In this document: piece after piece, positions 25,826 to 34,774 of the stretch
Position numbering within the stretch: the stretch's first letter is position 1
Layout of the letters: each line of letters begins with the position of its first letter
Assembly: GCA_965368245.1 (NCBI GenBank)
Contig: CBDUMD010000006.1
Coordinates: 10,217-74,216 of the forward strand
Origin: an uncultured Thermoproteales archaeon
GTDB lineage: Archaea > Thermoproteota > Thermoprotei > Thermofilales > B20-G17
Length of the DNA stretch: 64,000 nt
Direction of reading: 5' to 3'
The notes under the pieces: generated by a model
Databases searched by the model: none
Told to the model about the DNA's origin: nothing
Seen by the model: the letters and a program-made list of their open reading frames with translations, nothing else
Program-made: the position numbers and the translations under genes

Positions 25826-27895
25826 TTAGGGTATGTAACCGTACCAGCGTAAGGCAAGGTACGTTCTTCTAAACACGCTTACGACAGTGAAGCCTCCCAG
25901 GAATCCTACACAGAACGGAACGATGTATTTAGTGTAGGGCGATGAGCCGTAGAATCTGAGTACAATATACTTTATTATCCATGCTACAAGGATGGGGAAA
26001 GCTCCGCCAGTCGCGTTGTCTATAACACCCCACGATGTTCCCATCACTACGCCGACTGGATTGAGGAACGCCAGTGCTGGAACCATTGTGCGGACGACCA
26101 TTAACACAGCAACTATTATTATTCCTATGAACCATCTAAGCGCCTGCTCATAGACTGGTATTCTGTAGAGCATCCATCCCTGGGGATCCACGATTCTAGG
26201 ATCATCGATGCCCCAGTTTACCACGAACCATTTAACGTAGCTTGGGATGTTGTTGAAGCCTACGCTGTAAACCAGGTTTATCATGTAGAGGAAGGTTACG
26301 ACAACCACTATTATTGCTGCAATGAATCCGACTAGGAATATGTCTCTGGAGTCGGTTTTAGTGTCCGCGCCGACTTTAAATGCCATCATGGCGTTGGCTA
26401 GGGTATGGCTGGTGTTTCCGTTGCATCCCCAGACCTCTATCGTAGCGTACGACATAAACATTGTGGTAAAGGCGTTTGGATCTACTGATCCAAGGTCAGA
26501 TACGTAAAACAGGTTTGATGCCGTCCACGGAATAACCAGTGCATCGTATTCGCCGTGCATGGGGAATATACCGAATTCAGCATAAGCCCTCGAAAAGCCT
26601 AGGAACCAGATTATTACTATTATTGGAAGTATGAAAGCAGACCACACATTGGCTCCCATGGCTAGAAATAGGGCAAACATCATGATGAAGCCTATACCCA
26701 GGAGAAGATATGCCACCGTGTAGCTTACTGGTTCACCAGGTTCCCTAGGTGCTCTTTTTACGGCGGCATCGAAGGTTCTTCTAATATACTTCCACGACAA
26801 AAACAATGGAACTATGCCTAGACCAAGGATTTCACCGAAGTAGATGTTTCTCATGGATATCGGTAGGTTCCAGACAATGTAATTGAGCGCGTTGTGGAGG
26901 GTGCCGGGGTCTGTGGGAAGTATACCCATGTAGTATAATATGGGTGGTAGTACGAAGTATACTATATACCAGACCAGCCATGTGGAGAACAATACGTCGA
27001 GCGGCACGAGGAGGAAGAAGGTAACCCAGTTCGGCGAGATACTTATAAGGGGATAGCTTCCTGGAAGAACGGTGTCCAATCCTAGAACGGACTTAAAGTC
27101 TGTTCTGACATATCCATGTAACATGCCCCAGTCAACCCAGCCATACCATATGGTTAAGATATGGGGTAGACGCCAAAGAATTCCAGCCAGTATGCCTACG
27201 AAGATCATCTTTATGAAAATCTTGTTTTCTGGTTTATCGGTGCTTGTGGAAGTTATTAGTGTGGAGTATAATGTGGCTTCAGGGAACGGTATTCTTTCAA
27301 TCTCTATCCACTGTTTTCTTAGGATGGAGCCTAGACCCATAAACAATATAAGCCAGCCGATATAGAAGGTTAGCCACATTGCTATTGGACCGCTAAGGGC
27401 ACCCCACGGTGTGGGTCCTCCATCTGCTGCCATATTGTATAGCTCTGGGCTAGGCATCCACCATATGCTGGGTCTAAGGTATGATAAAGCTTCGTAGCCT
27501 CCATGTGCCAGAGCAAAGAATAAGCCCATGCTGGGCCAGTAGAAGAACCATCCCCATGCCGTTGAAAGCTGTATTGCTGCAAATATCATGGCAAATTCCT
27601 TTTCATTTAAATATAGTCTTCTCCCCGCTTTTCCCGAGAGAACTTTCAGAACGTAGTTTACTACAGCCAATATGAGCATTGCCGGAAGTACACGAACCAC
27701 TCTCGGTATAAGGGTGTTCCAACCCCATCCAGCACCATTATAGTCGATGGAGCCAAGCCACCCAGTTACGCTGGCCAGCTGAGGGGCATAAGTCCCCCAT
27801 ATATTGTAAAACGTTATTATCAGTGAAATTATTATTGCCAAAATTAATGGCACTATTGGAAAAGCCTTCCTAACCTCAGTTTTAGGAGCGGACAT
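25826..27895 (-). CDS. Polytopic membrane protein (~16 TM), paralog of 17616-19535, putative permease
   Basis: The 689-aa ORF is very hydrophobic and Trp/Tyr-rich. It shares motifs with the 639-aa protein (see that entry). AGGGGGTG lies 9 nt before the ATG, with TATA-like elements 50-75 nt upstream. Confidence 0.6.
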   Translation of the reverse strand: MSAPKTEVRKAFPIVPLILAIIISLIITFYNIWGTYAPQLASVTGWLGSIDYNGAGWGWNTLIPRVVRVLPAMLILAVVNYVLKVLSGKAGRRLYLNEKEFAMIFAAIQLSTAWGWFFYWPSMGLFFALAHGGYEALSYLRPSIWWMPSPELYNMAADGGPTPWGALSGPIAMWLTFYIGWLILFMGLGSILRKQWIEIERIPFPEATLYSTLITSTSTDKPENKIFIKMIFVGILAGILWRLPHILTIWYGWVDWGMLHGYVRTDFKSVLGLDTVLPGSYPLISISPNWVTFFLLVPLDVLFSTWLVWYIVYFVLPPILYYMGILPTDPGTLHNALNYIVWNLPISMRNIYFGEILGLGIVPLFLSWKYIRRTFDAAVKRAPREPGEPVSYTVAYLLLGIGFIMMFALFLAMGANVWSAFILPIIVIIWFLGFSRAYAEFGIFPMHGEYDALVIPWTASNLFYVSDLGSVDPNAFTTMFMSYATIEVWGCNGNTSHTLANAMMAFKVGADTKTDSRDIFLVGFIAAIIVVVVTFLYMINLVYSVGFNNIPSYVKWFVVNWGIDDPRIVDPQGWMLYRIPVYEQALRWFIGIIIVAVLMVVRTMVPALAFLNPVGVVMGTSWGVIDNATGGAFPILVAWIIKYIVLRFYGSSPYTKYIVPFCVGFLGGFTVVSVFRRTYLALRWYGYIP

Positions 27896-27961
27896 TCAAA
27901 TACACCCCCTTTAGAGGGGTTTTAGAAAATTAGTTGCGAAACAACATATTTAAGCTTTAGG

Positions 27962-27992
27962 CAAAAATTTAAATATCGGTTTTGAAAAACCG
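27962..27992 (-). terminator. Candidate terminator or boundary element after galT (inverted repeat plus T-run)
   Basis: The 7+7 inverted repeat CGGTTTT-GA-AAAACCG (27977-27992) lies 24 nt downstream of the galT stop. On the transcribed strand it is followed by ATATTTAAATTTTTG, which contains a T5 run. Confidence 0.3.
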
Positions 27993-28016
27993 TTGAGAAT
28001 TCTTCGAGACGTTTCT

Positions 28017-29027
28017 CTATGATTGAACCATAGCACCAAGGGCTTTATAGCCTTCTTTTTTCTTAAGATCATTCAAGGCTTTGTTAACTGCTTTCTTCAA
28101 CTGCATAGCCCGTTCTTCAGGTAGCCCATCGTATGTAAAGACGCCAGCACCCCATTCAATGCCAGCAGCATACTTAAGTTTATTTGCATCTCTATTAGGA
28201 GGATAAAATTCTATATGTAAATGGTAGTATTTGTATTCACCTCCATCCGTTGGGCTTTGATGCACAGCCATAATATATGGAAGATTCATATCGAAAAGCA
28301 TGTTATAGGCTTTTGTAATGACCTTTAGTGCATCGGCCAAGGAGTAACGTTCTTCCTCCGTTAACATGGGCAGATTCTGTACGTGTCTTCTAGGATACAC
28401 ATGTACCTCGTAAGGCCACATAGCGAAGAAAGGCAGAAACACGGTGAAATCAGCGTTTTCATAGAGAATTCTAGACTTGCTCTCGTATTCAAGCTCCAGG
28501 ATCCTACAGAATAAACATCTTCCATTTTCCTTATAGAATTTCCTAGAGTTATCCAACTCCCTTTTAACCCTAGGAGGGATGAAAGGTAAAGCATATATTT
28601 GTGAATGGGGATGGTGCAACGAAACCCCTATTGCAGCTCCCTTGTTTCTAAACTCGAAAACGTATTTTATTTTGGGATCTCTGCCTAATTCTACGTACCT
28701 CTGGCTGAACGCATCTATAACCTCCTTTAAATGCTCAAGACTTAGGTCGCATAAATCCCCCTCATGCATGGGGGTTTCTATCACAACTTCGCAGTAACCG
28801 TATCCAGGCTTAACACAATAAATGTCCTTAGAAGAGGACGCGACTTCAGCGTCAACCCTTAAGGCCGGATACCTGTTTGGGAGCACTAGAACCCTCCATC
28901 CCTCCCCTGTTTCCTCCGACCCTGGGCAGAAGGGACAGTAGTTCGGCCTCCATGGACGTTTCTCCCTTTTAGCTGCAACAATTATCCATTCACCGAGAAT
29001 AGGATTCCATCTTAACTCGTTCGTCAT
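28017..29027 (-). CDS. galT: Galactose-1-phosphate uridylyltransferase
   Basis: It has the zinc knuckle CPFCPG and the HIT-type active site HHPHSQI. A second-half-domain HLHIEF is also present. The likely start is the ATG at 29027 (MTNELRW), preceded by AGGTGA. The track start GTG at 29036 abuts the galE stop. Confidence 0.85.
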   Translation of the reverse strand: MTNELRWNPILGEWIIVAAKREKRPWRPNYCPFCPGSEETGEGWRVLVLPNRYPALRVDAEVASSSKDIYCVKPGYGYCEVVIETPMHEGDLCDLSLEHLKEVIDAFSQRYVELGRDPKIKYVFEFRNKGAAIGVSLHHPHSQIYALPFIPPRVKRELDNSRKFYKENGRCLFCRILELEYESKSRILYENADFTVFLPFFAMWPYEVHVYPRRHVQNLPMLTEEERYSLADALKVITKAYNMLFDMNLPYIMAVHQSPTDGGEYKYYHLHIEFYPPNRDANKLKYAAGIEWGAGVFTYDGLPEERAMQLKKAVNKALNDLKKKEGYKALGAMVQS

Positions 29028-29036
29028 CAACGTCAC

Positions 29037-29987
29037 CTAACCTGTTTCCAGCTCCTCCAAGAGACTTGTAACAGTAAGTTCAACGGATTCCCGGCTATTG
29101 TGTTTTGGAGTCCATCCAAGTTTTCTAAGCTTTTGCACGCTTAAAAGCATGTACTTTACATCTCCCTTCCAGCCCCGCCCTCCATCAACGCCCCCAGTAG
29201 TGTAGAGTTCAACGTTTTTTAATCCCATTTTATCTACCACTATCTTAGCGATATCCATTACAGATACGGAGTCTTCAGATCCTATATTAAATACATCGTA
29301 TTCCTTCTCGACGCTCCTCCATAGGAATATTGTCGCATCTACAGCGTCGGTGACATAAAGATAGGATTTTCTCTGAGTTCCATCCCCCAGAATTTCTAGT
29401 CGTCTTGGATTCCGTTTAAGTTTCATTATGAAATCGTATATTACGCCATGCCTCAATCGGGGACCCACGATGTTAGCGTATCTGAGAGATAGGCCTCTAA
29501 GACCGTAGGTGTGAACATAGGACGATATCAGGGATTCGCATGCGAGTTTAGAAGCCCCGTAAACGGATATTGGTTCAAGGGGGGTATAGTTTTCAGGTGT
29601 TGGCATGACTTTAGCGTCACCGTAAACCGTAGACGAGGATGCAAACACTATATTTCTTACATCGTATTTCCTCATAGCCTCAAGAACTATAAAGGTACCT
29701 AGAATATTGTTTTCAAAGTGGACTCTTGGTATACCTATCCTAACTTCCGGGTTAGCGGCGTAATGGAAGACCGTATCACAATCCTTTACTGCTTTCCACA
29801 CATCCCTAGTCCTTCTTATATCCCCCTTAATTAAACGAAAGTTTCTATGTTTTAATGCATGCTTCAGGTTGTCGGTCGTCCCAGAGGTTAGGTTGTCAAG
29901 GCATACAACTTCGTACCCCTCCGCTAAGAGTCTATCAACCAAATGGCTTCCAATGAATCCAGCTCCACCTGTAACGAGAACCTTCAT
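29037..29987 (-). CDS. galE: UDP-glucose 4-epimerase (NAD-dependent epimerase/dehydratase)
   Basis: It has the Rossmann motif [17 protein letters not shown] and the catalytic YGASK (YxxxK). It is 316 aa and sits immediately upstream of galT. Confidence 0.8.
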   Translation of the reverse strand: MKVLVTGGAGFIGSHLVDRLLAEGYEVVCLDNLTSGTTDNLKHALKHRNFRLIKGDIRRTRDVWKAVKDCDTVFHYAANPEVRIGIPRVHFENNILGTFIVLEAMRKYDVRNIVFASSSTVYGDAKVMPTPENYTPLEPISVYGASKLACESLISSYVHTYGLRGLSLRYANIVGPRLRHGVIYDFIMKLKRNPRRLEILGDGTQRKSYLYVTDAVDATIFLWRSVEKEYDVFNIGSEDSVSVMDIAKIVVDKMGLKNVELYTTGGVDGGRGWKGDVKYMLLSVQKLRKLGWTPKHNSRESVELTVTSLLEELETG

Positions 29988-30148
29988 TGGAGACCCTCAT
30001 ACCCCTAAGTAAGTTTACCCGTTTAAACTTTTCGAAAACAACCTTAAGCCCCCAGATCTACTCTTCCATATTGGAAAGAAAAGGCTTCCAGATCCTACAA
30101 GAAAATATAGATTCTATAGTTGAAAGTATTTTAAGGATAGAGAATCCA

Positions 30149-32818
30149 TTAAATTATTTTTATTTTAGGTGATATACATACTACGTGGTCGTAGTGCGGT
30201 GTTCCGGCTGAATCCACCATTAAACCTAGTTCAAAGCTTTTCCCAGAGTATTTGCTTAAATCTAGCTTGATGTCTACGAGTCGCCCGTCGTATTTTTTAT
30301 ATGTTTCATAAAGCTTCTCAACCGCTTTACCTTCCTTAGCCAATATAGAGAACTTTATACCATCACTTTTTTCCATCCCATGCTTAAATCCGACCTTAGC
30401 CTCGAAAACGGCTTTCCTATGAGGTGGTAGCACTACTTTAAACCATCCTCTTATGAATCCACCCTCAACGCCTTTAGGATGTAGGTAAAGACACTTTTCC
30501 TCCCCGCCCTCCTCGTTTTTCACAATGGTTATCCTGTTTATACCTTCAGCCCAAAAAGCATTTCCCCACTTTAATGTGCCATCGTTGTTCTCCCATATCG
30601 CTTCTTCAGCAAGCTCCATTAAATCTATCTCGTTTAGATCAAACCTTAAGTACCATTCAACTTCGGGTCGTGTAAGCTCAAGCTTCAACTCTAAGAAACC
30701 TTCCCGCACCTCTACTCCACTTGAAGCTTCTTTTAGACTATAGTTTCCGGGAACATAGACTAGTATTGTCGCCTTTTTACGGCCTATATTCCTTAATGTG
30801 CCCCGGAGTTCCATAGTGTAATCATTCCAGGATGTGTTTTTAAGGTCCAGAAATCCCTGGGTTATATGTGTGTCAACCGATATAACTTGGGGTCTATGAA
30901 GAAGGGGTTTAAAGGCTATAATCTTGCAGGATGTTGGAGGCAGTTTAACTATCATCTTTTTTCTATACACTCCTAGGAGCTTTTGTTCCCAAAAATCAAA
31001 TGCAATATATCTTCTGTCATTGAAGCCTAGTTTCTCGAAATCGAGGACTACTATATCTGGTTCATCGCTCCAGTTGAACACGCCTATGACATATTCTTCG
31101 TCCCCGATTTTAAGTCGCCATACTTGGGGGGTATCCGATTTAAAGAGATCCAGGGGCTCTGCATGGACTCCGGTAGGTGGGAAAATTTTCTCCAGTATGT
31201 TCAGTCGTTCTTCCTTAAGTTTATACAGTATATCGCTGTGCATCGTCACGCCGCCTGAAAGGGCGACTATTGAAGCCCATGCCCTTGCCTGATCTAAAGT
31301 CAGAGGCTCTCTAACTATGATACAGTCGGGATCGTTATGCCATATCGTTTTATGTAAGTGGAATCTTCTAGCAACATACCTTGTGCACAGTGCAATCCAA
31401 CTCCATTCCGTGAAAATATCAGCTCCTATCCTCATTCCATCAACATACTCTATGCTGTAGTTTAGGGGTGCTCCGCAACCTAGAATATACACCTTGTCTC
31501 CAACTGCCTCCCTTATAACTTTTAGTGCATTACGGTATGCTTCCACCACCGTGGTTTCTTCGTTAAATCGTTTTCCAGGAATGGTGGAGTAGTGGAGGAA
31601 ATCTATTTTAATGTACTCGTAGCCCCAGTCTTCAACTATCTTCTTGAAAAGTTTATGAAGCCAGTTTAGAACTTCGGGGTGGGTTAGATCTAGAGCGTAT
31701 ATCTTCAGGTTACCCCATCCCGTGAAAGCGACCTTAGGTTCATTTGTTTTACTGTCTTTTACAAGCCAGTCTGGATGATTCTTGTATATGGTTGATTCAT
31801 GGCTTACTATGAAGGGGGCCAGCCAGAGACCTGGCTTAAGTCCCTTTTCTTTAATCCTGTCTGCAAGCCATTTCATTCCATGTGGAAACTTCTCGTTTGG
31901 TTCCCATTCGCCTATTGTCTGCTCCCATCCATCATCTATCTGAAAGAAGGCTCCATCTACTTTTCCAAAGAGCCGTGCTGCTAAATCAATATTCTTCAGG
32001 ATCTCCTCCTCGCTGATGTTCAGGTAGTATTCGTACCATGAGCACCAGCCGGAAGGAGGATTAAATTTATATCTTGGAGGGTGGTTTAGGGCAAGAAGTT
32101 TCGCATACATTTTCATTGCAGAGAGCCAGTCTCTACAATAAACTACTGCAAGGGTTTCGGTTTGAATGCTAGTAACTTTTCCATCTTCCACATTACACTC
32201 AGCTGTAAGCACAGGTTCATGGTCTTTCGGCCACTCTAGCTTAACAGTTGTGCCCCACTTTCTGGAGGTGATGAAACCTACAACCATCCCATCGTTTACC
32301 CTGATGTTACTTAAAGCTATGTTCCAGGGAGAGTCACCCGAACACCCTTCACATACCTTAAACCTTTTGGGTAACGCCCAAGAGTGGTAATTATCTGCAA
32401 TAGCATACGTTTCCCCCATGAATGTCGCATATGGTATGGTGCTCTTTAAGAGAAGAACCTTATTTACCGCACCCTTGCTAAGGGTAATGTTTGACTCTAT
32501 GGTTAATAACGGTTTCTCGGCATAGAACTTCAAATTATATAATATATATAATGTATTATTACTAAAAACTGCAGTTATCTTTTTTCCATAACCAAGATTA
32601 TCTTTAAATTCGTCAATGGAAACGGAAGGTGTCATCTCTTTACACGTATGTGTTTTTTCAGCTGTCTCCACGGAGACCTCCGATGACCGTATAAGCCAGC
32701 GACCATCTTTTGTAGCAAGCCCCCAGGTTCCCGTTGAGGGGTTGATGAAAAGTTTAAGCCATTGGTTTTCAAGGATTATTTCTCTCTCTTCTTTAAATGT
32801 GGATTTAACTTTAGGCAT
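30149..32818 (-). CDS. GH36 alpha-galactosidase with ~190-aa C-terminal extension
   Basis: The melibiase pattern is present: WCSWYEYY, FFQIDDGWE, GLKPGLWLAPF, YIKIDFLH, GCGAP and WHNDPDC. No signal peptide is visible. The extra C-terminal beta-rich region begins after ~aa 700. Confidence 0.85.
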   Translation of the reverse strand: MPKVKSTFKEEREIILENQWLKLFINPSTGTWGLATKDGRWLIRSSEVSVETAEKTHTCKEMTPSVSIDEFKDNLGYGKKITAVFSNNTLYILYNLKFYAEKPLLTIESNITLSKGAVNKVLLLKSTIPYATFMGETYAIADNYHSWALPKRFKVCEGCSGDSPWNIALSNIRVNDGMVVGFITSRKWGTTVKLEWPKDHEPVLTAECNVEDGKVTSIQTETLAVVYCRDWLSAMKMYAKLLALNHPPRYKFNPPSGWCSWYEYYLNISEEEILKNIDLAARLFGKVDGAFFQIDDGWEQTIGEWEPNEKFPHGMKWLADRIKEKGLKPGLWLAPFIVSHESTIYKNHPDWLVKDSKTNEPKVAFTGWGNLKIYALDLTHPEVLNWLHKLFKKIVEDWGYEYIKIDFLHYSTIPGKRFNEETTVVEAYRNALKVIREAVGDKVYILGCGAPLNYSIEYVDGMRIGADIFTEWSWIALCTRYVARRFHLHKTIWHNDPDCIIVREPLTLDQARAWASIVALSGGVTMHSDILYKLKEERLNILEKIFPPTGVHAEPLDLFKSDTPQVWRLKIGDEEYVIGVFNWSDEPDIVVLDFEKLGFNDRRYIAFDFWEQKLLGVYRKKMIVKLPPTSCKIIAFKPLLHRPQVISVDTHITQGFLDLKNTSWNDYTMELRGTLRNIGRKKATILVYVPGNYSLKEASSGVEVREGFLELKLELTRPEVEWYLRFDLNEIDLMELAEEAIWENNDGTLKWGNAFWAEGINRITIVKNEEGGEEKCLYLHPKGVEGGFIRGWFKVVLPPHRKAVFEAKVGFKHGMEKSDGIKFSILAKEGKAVEKLYETYKKYDGRLVDIKLDLSKYSGKSFELGLMVDSAGTPHYDHVVCISPKIKII

Positions 32819-32867
32819 GGCGTTGAAATAAAAATTTCCATTAATTTAACCTTTATGGTATACTTTA

Positions 32868-34490
32868 TCAATCCTTAAAACTTGCCTCTACAAGTAACGT
32901 GGCTTTCCTTTCAAGCATCTCCTGCAACTCCGTTGAAATACTCTTTTTGATAACTGCTTTCACCTTCATGACCCAGCTATATGTTCCAGGTTCAATGGAT
33001 ATTCCGTTCCCTCTCCAGGGATCCGACTGCTCCCCTGAATAACATAGCAGATATTTATGGACTCCAGCTATGAAGGACAAGTCTTTGGCATATTTGTAGC
33101 CTCCAATTTCACTGGTGGAGGGGGAGGGTTTGTCGCCTCCCCATATATGCCATGGAAACTTTTGTTTTGAAATATGCCAGTAACCTATTGGGTTGACCTC
33201 ATCGTTGGAAATCAACTGAACGCCTACACCGGTCTCATGGTCGACACATGATGCAATAGGTTTCTCGGCGGGAACATCCATACCTGGGTATAGGGGTGAA
33301 TAGATGTCTCCTTCAGCTGTAAGGAAGAAGTCTGCACCTTTAACTGCTAAGTGCCCTATAGCGAAGCTTCCCATTCCAGCGGGATTATATATCGTGTATT
33401 CTCCCTCGCCTGCTAATGCCCCCAATCCAATATTCTTTACAGCATCGATAACAAACCTATAGTATATTGATGTACTGTTTTGCGGTATAGCGTAAAAGTC
33501 GTACGCTGTCCCCAGGTCCCTGAGCTTCCATGAGCGCTTCACAACCACTAGTAACGGACCTTTAGATTCTATGGAGATTTCCGTCTTCATTATTATGGCG
33601 AACATTTTTCCGCTGGAGTCGAGAACCGAGTCTAGGAAACCGTGGAAGAAGTAGAGTTCGGAGAGGGTGGCTTCAGGTGGTTTAAATATTTCAGCGAAAT
33701 TGTAGCTTCCTTCCACATCCCCGAAATAGTCTATGGAGCCGTGATATCTATCACTGTTATTAAAGCCTACTATAATACGGCCGTTAATCACCCTGATATA
33801 CTCATCGCTCTCTTCAACTAAAATATTAGGGTTACTTTCATATGCTTTAGGCTCAACTCCAAGAGTTATAGCGAAGGTTTTCTCGCCACCAGGTGGAATC
33901 GACACATGAAAGCTTATTATAGCTGTCTTAACGTACCCGCTCTCATATGTCACTATACCCCACATTTGGCTCGCGACTTCCTCGCCGTATTCGTTGAATA
34001 CTTTAATGCCCTTGGGTTTACACTCCCCATCCGAGAAATACGTCTCAAAGGAGAAGACGCCTTCCCATACATCTCCACCGACGTTCGTAAGCTTCAGCAG
34101 TATTTTGCTGAACTGTGGGGACTTAGCCTTCAGTATACCTTCTCCACCGCTGGTAGATATCTTCACAGAATACTGTGTCGAGCTTTTCCATGGATAATAG
34201 ATATAGATGAATGTAGATTCTTTGGGCGTCAGAACCCTACTTCCACTAGTCCATCGGTTTACCGATTTACCGTTTACCTCGACACCTGTGATCGTTACAT
34301 TTTCAGAGCCTGTATTAGTGATCTTCGCTTTGATGACCCTGGATATCCTCCATCCTTCTACGTTAACCTCGAAGGAAAGAGACTCTACTGAAATATTGGA
34401 TCGACTTTGCAGAGACATGTATAGGAAAGCGCCTAAAGCCACCAAGAAAATAGTTATCAAAACTAAGAGAACCTTGATCTTAAATTGCAT
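32868..34490 (-). CDS. N-terminally anchored extracellular beta-sandwich protein, paralog of 24012-25655
   Basis: It has a TM anchor (KVLLVLITIFLVALGAFLYM) and ITNTGSENVTITGVEVNG, and is collinear with the 547-aa protein. GGAGGGAAGG lies before the ATG. TATA-like CTTATATACATT lies ~50 nt upstream. Confidence 0.6.
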   Translation of the reverse strand: MQFKIKVLLVLITIFLVALGAFLYMSLQSRSNISVESLSFEVNVEGWRISRVIKAKITNTGSENVTITGVEVNGKSVNRWTSGSRVLTPKESTFIYIYYPWKSSTQYSVKISTSGGEGILKAKSPQFSKILLKLTNVGGDVWEGVFSFETYFSDGECKPKGIKVFNEYGEEVASQMWGIVTYESGYVKTAIISFHVSIPPGGEKTFAITLGVEPKAYESNPNILVEESDEYIRVINGRIIVGFNNSDRYHGSIDYFGDVEGSYNFAEIFKPPEATLSELYFFHGFLDSVLDSSGKMFAIIMKTEISIESKGPLLVVVKRSWKLRDLGTAYDFYAIPQNSTSIYYRFVIDAVKNIGLGALAGEGEYTIYNPAGMGSFAIGHLAVKGADFFLTAEGDIYSPLYPGMDVPAEKPIASCVDHETGVGVQLISNDEVNPIGYWHISKQKFPWHIWGGDKPSPSTSEIGGYKYAKDLSFIAGVHKYLLCYSGEQSDPWRGNGISIEPGTYSWVMKVKAVIKKSISTELQEMLERKATLLVEASFKD

Positions 34491-34774
34491 GCAACCTTCC
34501 CTCCGAAAGGGTTAATGAATTATCGTTCTTGAATGTATATAAGTTTTAGGAAGCAACCTAAAGAAGAACATTGTTTCGCCGTAGGAAGGTTGAGATAAGG
34601 CCTTTGAGAAACAATGTGGGTGGTGTTGTTGTAACAGCTTACAGGATAGGTGCGTTAACAAAGTTCTCGCAACTGGTTTTACGGCTCCTTGAAATGGAAA
34701 TAATAGTGGCCAGTGGAACATGGACTGGCTATTGAAAAAGATGCATGGAACATAGATAATGCATAATGCATGTT

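Noticed and set aside
27933-27945. Shared operator motif GTTGCGAAACAAC (27933-27945) versus GTTGCGAGAAC (reverse complement of 34663-34673) upstream of two sub-modules
   Set aside because: Only a 7-mer (GTTGCGA) is truly shared, which is expected several times by chance in 128 kb of two-strand sequence. The two sites also lie at very different distances from their start codons (about 40 nt versus about 175 nt).
34512-34721. 69-aa ORF in the spacer between the 540-aa paralog and the GH63-like gene
   Set aside because: It has no SD or TATA in a suitable position and its composition is odd. It occupies the likely promoter/5' region of the gene starting at 34490.
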